A stretch of DNA of 64,000 bases. Origin: Candidatus Doudnabacteria bacterium RIFCSPHIGHO2_01_FULL_45_18. GTDB taxonomy: Bacteria > Patescibacteriota > Doudnabacteria > UBA920 > O2-02-FULL-48-8. Location: contig MFEJ01000023.1 of the NCBI GenBank assembly GCA_001779915.1, positions 6,165-70,164 on the forward strand, read 5' to 3'. Numbering within the stretch: the stretch's first letter is position 1; each line of letters begins with the position of its first letter. Below are positions 26,857 to 35,100 of this stretch, piece after piece. A program made the translations under genes and the position numbers. The notes beneath the pieces were generated by a model. It saw only the letters and a list, made by a program, of their open reading frames with translations. It made no database searches and had not been told where the DNA came from.

Positions 26857-27664
26857 GGGGCTTCTCCTTGGCAACTTTAACGACATTAGACAAGAGTTGC
26901 GCCACAGTCACAGGCCCCACCCCGCCCGGAACCGGCGAAACAACTGAAGCGGCCTTTTGTACTGATTCAAGCTCCACATCCCCCACAATCCCGGCTCCGG
27001 ATTCCGCCGTACCGCAATCAATCACCACCGCACCGGGTTTAATCATGTGCCCTTTAATCAAATTTGCCTGACCCGTGCCGGAAATAATCACGTCCGCACT
27101 TATAGTCAGTTTGGCTAAATTTTGAATTTGTGAATCGGCAGTAGTCACTTGGAGGTTGCGGTTTTTCAGCAAGACCGTGACCGGACGGCCGACCAGTTCC
27201 CCTTGTCCCACGACCAAAATTTGAGCGCGGGTTAAATCCAAATTCAACGAATCAAGTATGGTCATAATCGCTGCGGCAGTTGGAGGTGAAAGCCGGGTTT
27301 GAGTTTGATTGAGACAGTCCACATCCACCGCTGTGCCAATGGCGTTTAATACTTGTTGTTTGTCTAAATGGCTTGGCAAGGGCAGCTGGATAATCAAACC
27401 GGCCAGATTTGGATCAAGCTGTTTTTGCTTTAGTTTCAAAATTACATCTTGGGTTGACACTGACTCTGGCAGTTCCACCAGCTCAAATTTCAGCCCAATC
27501 GAGGCGGCGGCGCGCGCTTTAGTGTTCACATACGATCTGGCGACCGAGTCTTGCCCGATCAGCACGTCACAAAACAAGGGCTGAAAAGGCAACAGCGATA
27601 CTTCCTGTTTTAAATTGTTTAAAATCTCAGCGGCAAGCGCCCGTCCGTCAACTAACTTTGTCAT
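26849..27664 (-). CDS. folD: Methylenetetrahydrofolate dehydrogenase/cyclohydrolase
   Basis: IIQLPLP, DVDC, VIDCG, SPVPGGVGPVTVA. Confidence 0.93.
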   Translation of the reverse strand: MTKLVDGRALAAEILNNLKQEVSLLPFQPLFCDVLIGQDSVARSYVNTKARAAASIGLKFELVELPESVSTQDVILKLKQKQLDPNLAGLIIQLPLPSHLDKQQVLNAIGTAVDVDCLNQTQTRLSPPTAAAIMTILDSLNLDLTRAQILVVGQGELVGRPVTVLLKNRNLQVTTADSQIQNLAKLTISADVIISGTGQANLIKGHMIKPGAVVIDCGTAESGAGIVGDVELESVQKAASVVSPVPGGVGPVTVAQLLSNVVKVAKEKPHV

Positions 27665-27679
27665 GTCAATGATAAATAA

Positions 27680-28438
27680 TTAAGCCGCCAAATATTTGCC
27701 CAAGGCCGTCAAAAAATCATGTCTGATATCCAGTTGTTTCCTGACACCTTCCCACACCAAGGCCTTGGATTCCGGATCAAACACCAGTTTGTCCAAAAGG
27801 TGCGTGGAAAATTTTGCCTGCGGCTGATGAGTTTGAGTAAAAACTTCTAAATCATGGTCAGTCAGACTGGTATTTTGTTTCAGCGCGGAAACATAAATGC
27901 GAAATTCTTCTGATTCAGCCAGTTCCTGCGCAAACATGGTGCCGAGCGCCATCTGCCATTCCGAGTTAGAGTAAACATCGGACAAATCGGCGATATAATT
28001 CCGCGTCATCTCCTTGGCCTGAGCCCGCTCAATCTCTTCCAAACTTAAGCCCAAAGCTTTTAAAAACCGCAGCCACTGTTCACGGGTGGCCGTTTGGATG
28101 ACGTCATTTTCAAGCCTGTGACCGGCCAGTTCATCCTGCCGCTTTTTCTCCAAGATTTCCAAAGATGATTCGGCCAAAGGATCATCGGATTCAGATAGGT
28201 TGGCCAGGGCAAACCGCAAAAAACCCGGATCCCCGCTTTTACGTCCAAACCAGGCTTCGGCCGCCAGAAATCTTTGCACCATAAACTTCTTAAGCTTAGC
28301 AGGCGTTGGATGGACATGACTAATTTGGGCCATAAACGGCCAACTGGCCACCTCTTGCGGGATAAAATTAACCAGCCATTCCACAAATTGCTCACCTATG
28401 TATTCTTCAATGGCTTGGGTGGGGTTGATCAGTGTCAT
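27680..28438 (-). CDS. Heme-oxygenase-like (TenA/PqqC-fold) protein, divergent
   Basis: All-helical pattern; DELAG..W.RFL.ALGL, ALG...E motifs. Confidence 0.5.
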   Translation of the reverse strand: MTLINPTQAIEEYIGEQFVEWLVNFIPQEVASWPFMAQISHVHPTPAKLKKFMVQRFLAAEAWFGRKSGDPGFLRFALANLSESDDPLAESSLEILEKKRQDELAGHRLENDVIQTATREQWLRFLKALGLSLEEIERAQAKEMTRNYIADLSDVYSNSEWQMALGTMFAQELAESEEFRIYVSALKQNTSLTDHDLEVFTQTHQPQAKFSTHLLDKLVFDPESKALVWEGVRKQLDIRHDFLTALGKYLAA

Positions 28439-28477
28439 GTGAGTAGTGTAAAATATGAGGGTTGTTAATGCAACCCT

Positions 28478-28597
28478 ATGTCAGACATTTTTCAGGGAAT
28501 TTTAAACATTATTAAAAGCGGTGTTATTGTTTCGACCTCACAGCTAATCAAAATCGGCCGAAAGATTTTCGGTAAAAATCGCAAACCGCGTCAATAA
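28478..28597 (+). CDS. Putative 39-aa cationic amphipathic peptide
   Basis: Manual translation MSDIFQGILNIIKSGVIVSTSQLIKIGRKIFGKNRKPRQ; fills the intergenic gap. Confidence 0.35.
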   Translation: MSDIFQGILNIIKSGVIVSTSQLIKIGRKIFGKNRKPRQ

Positions 28598-28598
28598 T

Positions 28599-29366
28599 TT
28601 AAGTAATTTTACGATAGCTTCGGACAGCCAGTGGCACGAAGACGATCAAAATTCCGATAATCCAAATTAGCGAATACCAGGCATTATCACCCACCGGAGT
28701 TCCCAAGATTAATGCCCGGACGGTATTCGCCACATAGCTAATGGGGTTGTGTTCGGCAAAAACTCGCAAGCCATGCCCCATGGTTTCCACAGGCACAAAG
28801 ATGGAGCTGGCAAAAACTAAAGGAAAAACCCAGATGAATCCGGCCGATTGGACGGTTTCCACATTTTTGGCCGCCAAACCAATGGTGGCGGAAATCCAAG
28901 AAAAGGCAAAACCAAAGAACGAAGTCAGCAACAAGGCTAAGACGAAATTACCAAAACCATTTTCAATTGTAAACCCAATAAGCAGACCAACTAGGGTCAT
29001 TAAAATTAGCACAAATACATTCCGGATCAATTCGGTGACGGTTCGGCCAACCAAAACTGCGGAACGAGCGATTGGTAAGGATCGAAACCGATCAATCAGC
29101 CCCTTCGATAGGTCATCTGCCAGACCAACGCCGGTCATCATGGCTCCAAACAAAACGGTTTGGACAAAAATCCCGGGCAACAGATAGTTAACATACTTGG
29201 AAGCCGAGGTGCTAATCGCCCCGCCAAAAACGAAGACAAATAGTAAGACGAACATCACTGGCTGGATGGATGAAAACACGATCAATTGCGGCAACCTCCG
29301 GTAACGCAACAAATTGCGCCCAATCATGACGACCATATCCGATGAAGTTTCGGAAAAGTTTGACAT
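28599..29366 (-). CDS. ABC-2 type exporter permease (DrrB-like)
   Basis: IQPVMF..FVFGGAI, IDRFRSLPI, NPISY. Confidence 0.9.
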   Translation of the reverse strand: MSNFSETSSDMVVMIGRNLLRYRRLPQLIVFSSIQPVMFVLLFVFVFGGAISTSASKYVNYLLPGIFVQTVLFGAMMTGVGLADDLSKGLIDRFRSLPIARSAVLVGRTVTELIRNVFVLILMTLVGLLIGFTIENGFGNFVLALLLTSFFGFAFSWISATIGLAAKNVETVQSAGFIWVFPLVFASSIFVPVETMGHGLRVFAEHNPISYVANTVRALILGTPVGDNAWYSLIWIIGILIVFVPLAVRSYRKIT

Positions 29367-29372
29367 AAATTT

Positions 29373-30464
29373 TTACTCTGTTGCGTGGCCAGTTAATTTC
29401 ATAAACACATCATCAAGCGAGGGCCTTCTTAAGATTATATCGAGCACTTTCAAACCTAAAGTATCAAGTTGGCGCACCGCATCTACCAGTACCGCGGAAC
29501 CACCCCGGACAGGAACTGTGACAATGCCCGTGGCAGGATCCGCGTGCGCTTCTTCGGTACCAAATTGTCTGATCGCCACCGCGGCCCGCGCGGCATCCGC
29601 ATGATTGACTAAATGGAGTTCCAAAATATCGCCACCAACTTGGTTTTTGAGCTCATCAGAAGTACCAATGGTGATAATATGGCCACGATCCATGACAAAA
29701 ATCTTATCAGCCAGCTGATCAGCTTCTTCCATGTACTGGGTCGTTAAAAGGACCGTCGTGCCATTGGCCACCAAGTCTCTAATCACGTTCCAAAGCGCGA
29801 AGCGTGATCTCGGGTCAAGGCCAGAGGTTGGTTCGTCCAAAAACAAAACTTGCGGACGAATCACCAAACTGGCGGCCAGATCAAGCCTTCGGCGCATGCC
29901 GCCCGAATAAGTTTTTAGAATCCTGTCGGCCGCATCTTCCAGATTAAACTGATGCAATAATTCTATCGCCCGAGCTTTGGCGGCAGTTCTAGTCAAATGA
30001 TAAAGCCGACCAAACATTTCCAAATTTTCTCGACCGGTCAAGGTTTCATCAACGGCTGCATATTGACCAGCTAATCCGATTATCCCTCGCAATTTCTGGG
30101 CGTCTCGAATAACATCTAATCCAGCCACTGTGACTTGGCCTGATGTGGGTAGTAACAGTGTGGTTAAAATTCGAATCAGAGTGGTTTTGCCGGCGCCATT
30201 GGGACCCAAAAGGGCAGTGACCTGGCCGCGATGAATTTTTAAACTGATATTATCCAAAGCCTTGACCTGGCCGTAAGATTTAGACAGATTTTCAACTAAA
30301 ATCACGGGAGGAGTAGCCACGGCCGTTGGTTTTGGTTCGATAATCAAATCCAAAAGATCGTGCACTTGCCAACCAGCTTGAGTCAGCTCCTGCATGATCT
30401 GTTGGTTGCTCATCCCGGCCTGATGCGCATCCTTAATGTATACTTGTAGCGCTTGTTTACTCAT
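29373..30464 (-). CDS. ABC exporter ATP-binding protein (DrrA-like)
   Basis: GPNGAGKTT, YSGGMRRRLD, LDEPTSGLDP. Confidence 0.92.
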   Translation of the reverse strand: MSKQALQVYIKDAHQAGMSNQQIMQELTQAGWQVHDLLDLIIEPKPTAVATPPVILVENLSKSYGQVKALDNISLKIHRGQVTALLGPNGAGKTTLIRILTTLLLPTSGQVTVAGLDVIRDAQKLRGIIGLAGQYAAVDETLTGRENLEMFGRLYHLTRTAAKARAIELLHQFNLEDAADRILKTYSGGMRRRLDLAASLVIRPQVLFLDEPTSGLDPRSRFALWNVIRDLVANGTTVLLTTQYMEEADQLADKIFVMDRGHIITIGTSDELKNQVGGDILELHLVNHADAARAAVAIRQFGTEEAHADPATGIVTVPVRGGSAVLVDAVRQLDTLGLKVLDIILRRPSLDDVFMKLTGHATE

Positions 30465-30568
30465 AAATGATTGCTTTGACGTCTAGACATTCTAGCCTAA
30501 ATCCCTCGGCGTGTCAATAGCTGAGGTTGATCTATACGCGTTTTTATTATATAATCTTGAAGCTTTGA

Positions 30569-30643
30569 GGCCCTATCGTCTAACGGTCAGGACGCCAGGT
30601 TTTCATCCTGGTAATCCGGGTTCGATTCCCGGTGGGGTCACCA
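30569..30643 (+). tRNA. tRNA-Glu(TTC)
   Basis: Anticodon arm CCAGG-TTTTCAT-CCTGG, GGTTCGATTCC, 3' ACCA. Confidence 0.95.
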
Positions 30644-31020
30644 AGAAAAAACATGACGCAAAACTAAAAACCGCCTCATCCCTCATCCTATGAGACGGCT
30701 TTAGCGTAAATGGGTCGAATTCATTTTAATCTTGCGTTCTCTAAATATTTTTTAATAAAAGGCTTACCGCCTTTGAGGTTAACGCAAGTTGCATTTGACT
30801 CACCTGCGAACTTCATCTTTTCCATCTGGTTTGTGATATTTAATTATGAAATAAATTTGTTTTCTCCTCCATCACCTCCTTCCTTTCTCACCATAACCCT
30901 GGTGATTTTTTTTGTCAAGGATATTTTGTTAATAAGTTGTGCATAAATACTTCGGTATTATAAGTTAAAGATAGACGTTGACCAACAATGTCACAAATTG
31001 CTAAACTTTGTTAGGATCAT

Positions 31021-32100
31021 ATGAAAAAAATTCTGAAAATTTTAAGTATAGAAACCAGTTGCGACGAGACTGCGGCGGCGGTGATTGTTAATGGCACGAT
31101 TAAATCCAACATTATTGCCTCCCAAGTCAAGCTGCACGCAAAATTTGGCGGGGTCGTCCCAGAAGTAGCCGCTCGCGAACATCTAATGGCTATCATCCCG
31201 ACTATAGATTTGGCTTTAAAAACTGCAAAAACAAATTTGGAAGACCTGGATTACATCGCAGTCACACAAGGACCTGGGCTTGCGACCTCGCTTATGGTCG
31301 GCATTGATACCGCGAAAGCCTTAGGCGCGGCTTTGGATATCCCGGTTATCCCCATCAATCATTTGGAAGCGCATATATACGCGAACTTCGTTAAACCTTT
31401 AACCATTGCGAGGAGCGTAGCGACGAAGCAATCTTACGATAGATCGCCACGCGCCTTCGGCGCTCGCGATGGTAATATTTTCCCCTCCCTGATTCTCATC
31501 GTCTCTGGCGGGCACACGCTTTTGGTCCAAATGAGGGATCATGGCCAATATCATATTTTAGGTGAGACGGTGGATGATGCTGCGGGGGAAGCCTTTGATA
31601 AAACCGCCAAGATGTTGGGGTTGGGTTATCCTGGCGGGCCAGCGCTTTCCAAATTGGCAAAATCTGGTAACCCAACAGCCTTTAATTTCCCGCGCCCCAT
31701 GCTTAACTCGGCTAATTTTGAATTCAGTTTCTCGGGGCTGAAGACCGCCGTGCTGTACAAAATCATGGAACATGAAACATGGAACATGAAACAGAAAGCA
31801 GATATAGCCGCCTCGGTCCAGGCCGCGATCGTGGATGTCTTAATCGCTAAATTAGAAAAAGCTATCCAAAGATACCACCCGAAAACCATTATGTTAGGCG
31901 GTGGGGTGGCGGCCAACGAACTTTTGCGCCAGCGTTTCAAGTTTCAAGCTTCACGTTTCAAAATTCATTGCTCTATTCCAGCACTGGAGTACTGCACTGA
32001 CAATGCAGCCATGATCGGACTCGCAGCTTACCATCGTTTGATCAGAAAAAAACCGCAAACAAAAAATTTCTCGGCTCAACCCAATCTGAGCTTAAAATGA
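31021..32100 (+). CDS. tsaD: tRNA N6-adenosine threonylcarbamoyltransferase TsaD
   Basis: IETSCDET, HLEAH, SGGHT, GEAFDK, FSFSGLK, CTDNAAMI. Confidence 0.97.
   Translation: MKKILKILSIETSCDETAAAVIVNGTIKSNIIASQVKLHAKFGGVVPEVAAREHLMAIIPTIDLALKTAKTNLEDLDYIAVTQGPGLATSLMVGIDTAKALGAALDIPVIPINHLEAHIYANFVKPLTIARSVATKQSYDRSPRAFGARDGNIFPSLILIVSGGHTLLVQMRDHGQYHILGETVDDAAGEAFDKTAKMLGLGYPGGPALSKLAKSGNPTAFNFPRPMLNSANFEFSFSGLKTAVLYKIMEHETWNMKQKADIAASVQAAIVDVLIAKLEKAIQRYHPKTIMLGGGVAANELLRQRFKFQASRFKIHCSIPALEYCTDNAAMIGLAAYHRLIRKKPQTKNFSAQPNLSLK
31403..31472 (+). repeat. Family A element, in frame in tsaD
   Basis: 3' about 50 bp nearly identical to the uvrC copy; both encode TKQSYDRSPRAFGARDG. Confidence 0.92.
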
Positions 32101-32112
32101 TATAATACTGGC

Positions 32113-34293
32113 ATGCGAGAAATTCCGAAAACTTACGACCAATCCAAAGAAACGGACATCTACCAACTCTGGGAATCATCCGGGTTTTTTAATCCTGACA
32201 ATCTTTCGGGCAAACCGTTTACCATCATGATGCCGCCACCCAATGCCACAGGCACGCTACATATTGGGCACGCGTTTGAAACATCAATCCAAGATATCTT
32301 GATTCGCTACCACAGGATGAAGGGAGAAAAAACGCTATGGTTACCGGGCACTGATCACGCCGCTATTGCCACAAATACCAAAGTTGAAAAAATTTTGATT
32401 AAGGAAACCGGCAAAAACCGCCATGATATTGGCCGCGAGGCATTTGTAAAAAAAGTTGAAGAGTTTGTGGAAAAAAGTCGTGGTACGATTCAACAACAAT
32501 TGCGAACTGTGGGTGCTTCCGCCGACTGGTCGCGCGAAGCGTTTACATTTGATGAACCCCGCAACCTGGCGATCCGAACCGCGTTTAAGAAAATGTTTGA
32601 GGCTGGGCTGATTTATCGCGGTATCCGCGTGATCAACTGGGATCCGAAAGGTCAGACTTCGGTTTCGGATGACGAAGTCGTCCATAAATCCGAAAAAGCC
32701 CAGCTATATACGTTTAAATATTCGAAAGACTTTCCAATTGCTATCGCAACCACTCGGCCGGAAACTAAAGTGGGTGATGTGGCAGTGGCCGTACATCCTG
32801 CTGATGTTCGCTATAAAAAATTTGTAGGCCAAGAATTCAAAGTCAATTTTGCTGGCGCTGATTTAAATATCAAAATCGTGGCCGATGAATCCGTGGACCC
32901 AGAATTTGGCACAGGTGCGGTTGGAGTTACGCCCGCACATAGCATGGCAGACTTTGACATTGCTCAAAGACACAATTTGCCAGCGCCACAAGTGATCAAC
33001 GAATTTGCAAAAATGACCGACACGGCCGGTTCTTTGATTGCTGGTAAAAAAACCAAAGAAGCTCGTGAGATAATAGTCGCTTGGCTAACTGAACAAGGCT
33101 TGTTAGAAAAAACTGAAGCCATAGATATCAATCTTGCTACTGCGGAACGAAGCGGCGGTACGATTGAACCTTTACCAAAACTCCAATGGTTTGTAAATGT
33201 AAACAAGGCCGTGGCCGAACGGAGCGGAAAAACGCTGAAAGAGCTAATGCGTGACGCTGTAGCAAGTGGCAAAATAAAAATCCTCCCAGAACGATTTGAA
33301 AAAACATATTTTCATTGGATAGATAATTTACGCGATTGGAACATCAGCCGCCAGCTTTGGTACGGCCACCGGATTCCGGTTTGGTACAAAGGTGAGGAAA
33401 TTTATTCCGGGATTGAAGAACCGGAAGGCAGTGGCTGGTCGCAAGACGAAGACACTTTAGACACTTGGTTCTCCTCGGCACTTTGGACGTTCTCGACTTT
33501 AGGTTGGCCAAACGAAACTGCTGATCTCAAAACATTCCACCCAACAGATGTCATGGCACCTGGGTACGAAATTCTGTTTTTCTGGGTAGCGCGCATGATT
33601 CTTATGAGCACGTTTCTGCTTGACGACGTGCCGTTTAAAACCGTTTATCTGCATGGCATTGTTCGCGATATCCAAGGCAAAAAGTTCAGCAAATCTCTAG
33701 ACAATGGGATTGATCCAGTAGAAGTCATTAAACAATACGGCGCCGATGCCTTACGCATGGGTTTGGTCGTGGGGGTGGGTGCAGGCAATGACAGTAAATA
33801 TGACCAAATGAAAGTGAAAGGCTATCGCAATTTCGCGAACAAAATTTGGAATGCAGCTAGATTTGTCATGCAAAACACTCAAGACATGACCCCCTCTAAC
33901 TCCCCCTTAAAAGGGGGAGAGAAAAAGAACCCCCCTCCTTTTAAGGAGGGGTTGGGGGAGGTCAAACTCACCCCCGAAGACCAAGCTATTCTCTACGAAC
34001 TTAATCAACTCTTGGCCAAAACTACTATACAAATGGACAACTTTGACTTTGCGCATGCGGCGGAAAACCTGTATCACTACTTCTGGCACACTTTTGCGGA
34101 CAAAATCCTCGAAGAATCAAAAGTCAAACTTGCGAATGAGAAAACAAAAGCCTCGGCGCAACTCATGCTCAAAACCATCCTGGAAACTTCGTTAAAACTT
34201 CTGCATCCGTTCATGCCATTTGTCACTGAAACCATCTGGCAACTGGATCACAAGGATCTGCTGATGATAGAGAAGTGGCCCCGCCTGCGCTAA
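32113..34293 (+). CDS. valS: Valine--tRNA ligase (short form)
   Basis: PPPNATGTLHIGH, PGTDHA, DWNISRQLW, DTWFSS, KFSKS. Confidence 0.96.
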   Translation: MREIPKTYDQSKETDIYQLWESSGFFNPDNLSGKPFTIMMPPPNATGTLHIGHAFETSIQDILIRYHRMKGEKTLWLPGTDHAAIATNTKVEKILIKETGKNRHDIGREAFVKKVEEFVEKSRGTIQQQLRTVGASADWSREAFTFDEPRNLAIRTAFKKMFEAGLIYRGIRVINWDPKGQTSVSDDEVVHKSEKAQLYTFKYSKDFPIAIATTRPETKVGDVAVAVHPADVRYKKFVGQEFKVNFAGADLNIKIVADESVDPEFGTGAVGVTPAHSMADFDIAQRHNLPAPQVINEFAKMTDTAGSLIAGKKTKEAREIIVAWLTEQGLLEKTEAIDINLATAERSGGTIEPLPKLQWFVNVNKAVAERSGKTLKELMRDAVASGKIKILPERFEKTYFHWIDNLRDWNISRQLWYGHRIPVWYKGEEIYSGIEEPEGSGWSQDEDTLDTWFSSALWTFSTLGWPNETADLKTFHPTDVMAPGYEILFFWVARMILMSTFLLDDVPFKTVYLHGIVRDIQGKKFSKSLDNGIDPVEVIKQYGADALRMGLVVGVGAGNDSKYDQMKVKGYRNFANKIWNAARFVMQNTQDMTPSNSPLKGGEKKNPPPFKEGLGEVKLTPEDQAILYELNQLLAKTTIQMDNFDFAHAAENLYHYFWHTFADKILEESKVKLANEKTKASAQLMLKTILETSLKLLHPFMPFVTETIWQLDHKDLLMIEKWPRLR
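33888..33963. repeat. Family E double-hairpin element, in frame in valS
   Basis: Encodes TPSNSPLKGGEKKNPPPFKEGLGEV; homologous to 14303-14383. Confidence 0.88.
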
Positions 34294-34305
34294 AGCTTCG
34301 GCGGG
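34280..34305 (-). repeat. Family C element containing the valS stop codon
   Basis: Reverse complement cccgccgaagctttagcgcaggcggg. Confidence 0.75.
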
Positions 34306-34390
34306 CAGGCAAAATAAAAAGTACTGAGCATGCTCAGTAGCAACCTCAGGAGATGCCTCCTGAGATAAACACTTGCTAAAACAAGTGTTT

Positions 34391-34418
34391 AAAAAAAGAG
34401 CCTCAAGGCTCTTTTTTT
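34391..34418. terminator. Bidirectional terminator
   Basis: A7-gagcc-tcaa-ggctc-T7. Confidence 0.7.
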
Positions 34419-34424
34419 AAATTC

Positions 34425-34937
34425 TTATTTAAATCTCACTGGTACGGCAAACGAAGAGTCAAATTCGGGTAACCCCGAGGGATTATCTTTTTCAATAATC
34501 AACACGCCGTATTCCGCATCACCTGGATCAAACGGTAAACTTACGGCGAAAGGCACATAGTCACTAGTCATCCAATCGCCTAGAGCTTGTGCTCCGACTT
34601 GGAATAAAATATTACCCTTATCATCTTTCAGGATGATTGGCAGGTTCGCTTCAAAATACCAAAAACCGCGGGCACGACCCATGACAGCCATAGGACTCGT
34701 GACAAGTTCACCAAACGCAGGTGTATCCACAATCACTTCCGGTTCATTATGTTCGGCTTCGTTAAATACCAAACCTCGGTATTCACATTTCACCGGTTCA
34801 CCGTCAATAATGATCCCGCCGGCCAGTTCACAAGATTGAAAATCCGTCACTTCCGGCCCAACTTTTCTCTGGATGATAAATAAAGCTAATCCGGCCAGGA
34901 TAATCAACACGCCAATTTGTAGCAACCGATTATTCAT
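34425..34937 (-). CDS. Gmad2 immunoglobulin-like domain membrane protein
   Basis: VTSP..V.G.ARG.WYFEA..DWMT..VPF..KDNPSGLPE; start MNNRL. Confidence 0.8.
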   Translation of the reverse strand: MNNRLLQIGVLIILAGLALFIIQRKVGPEVTDFQSCELAGGIIIDGEPVKCEYRGLVFNEAEHNEPEVIVDTPAFGELVTSPMAVMGRARGFWYFEANLPIILKDDKGNILFQVGAQALGDWMTSDYVPFAVSLPFDPGDAEYGVLIIEKDNPSGLPEFDSSFAVPVRFK

Positions 34938-34993
34938 AAAGGCAGTATAATTAGTAATTAGTAAGGAGTAAAGAGCGACGAAAAAACAAAAAA

Positions 34994-35077
34994 CCATTGC
35001 GAGGAGTCCTGGTTGCTCGGGACGACGAAGCAATCTATCCTAATGACAGATCGCCACGGCCTTCGGCCTCGCGATGG
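34994..35077 (+). repeat. Family A element, intergenic
   Basis: Same scaffold as the other copies. Confidence 0.9.
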
Positions 35078-35100
35078 TTAGTATTCTTCTTATTACTATT

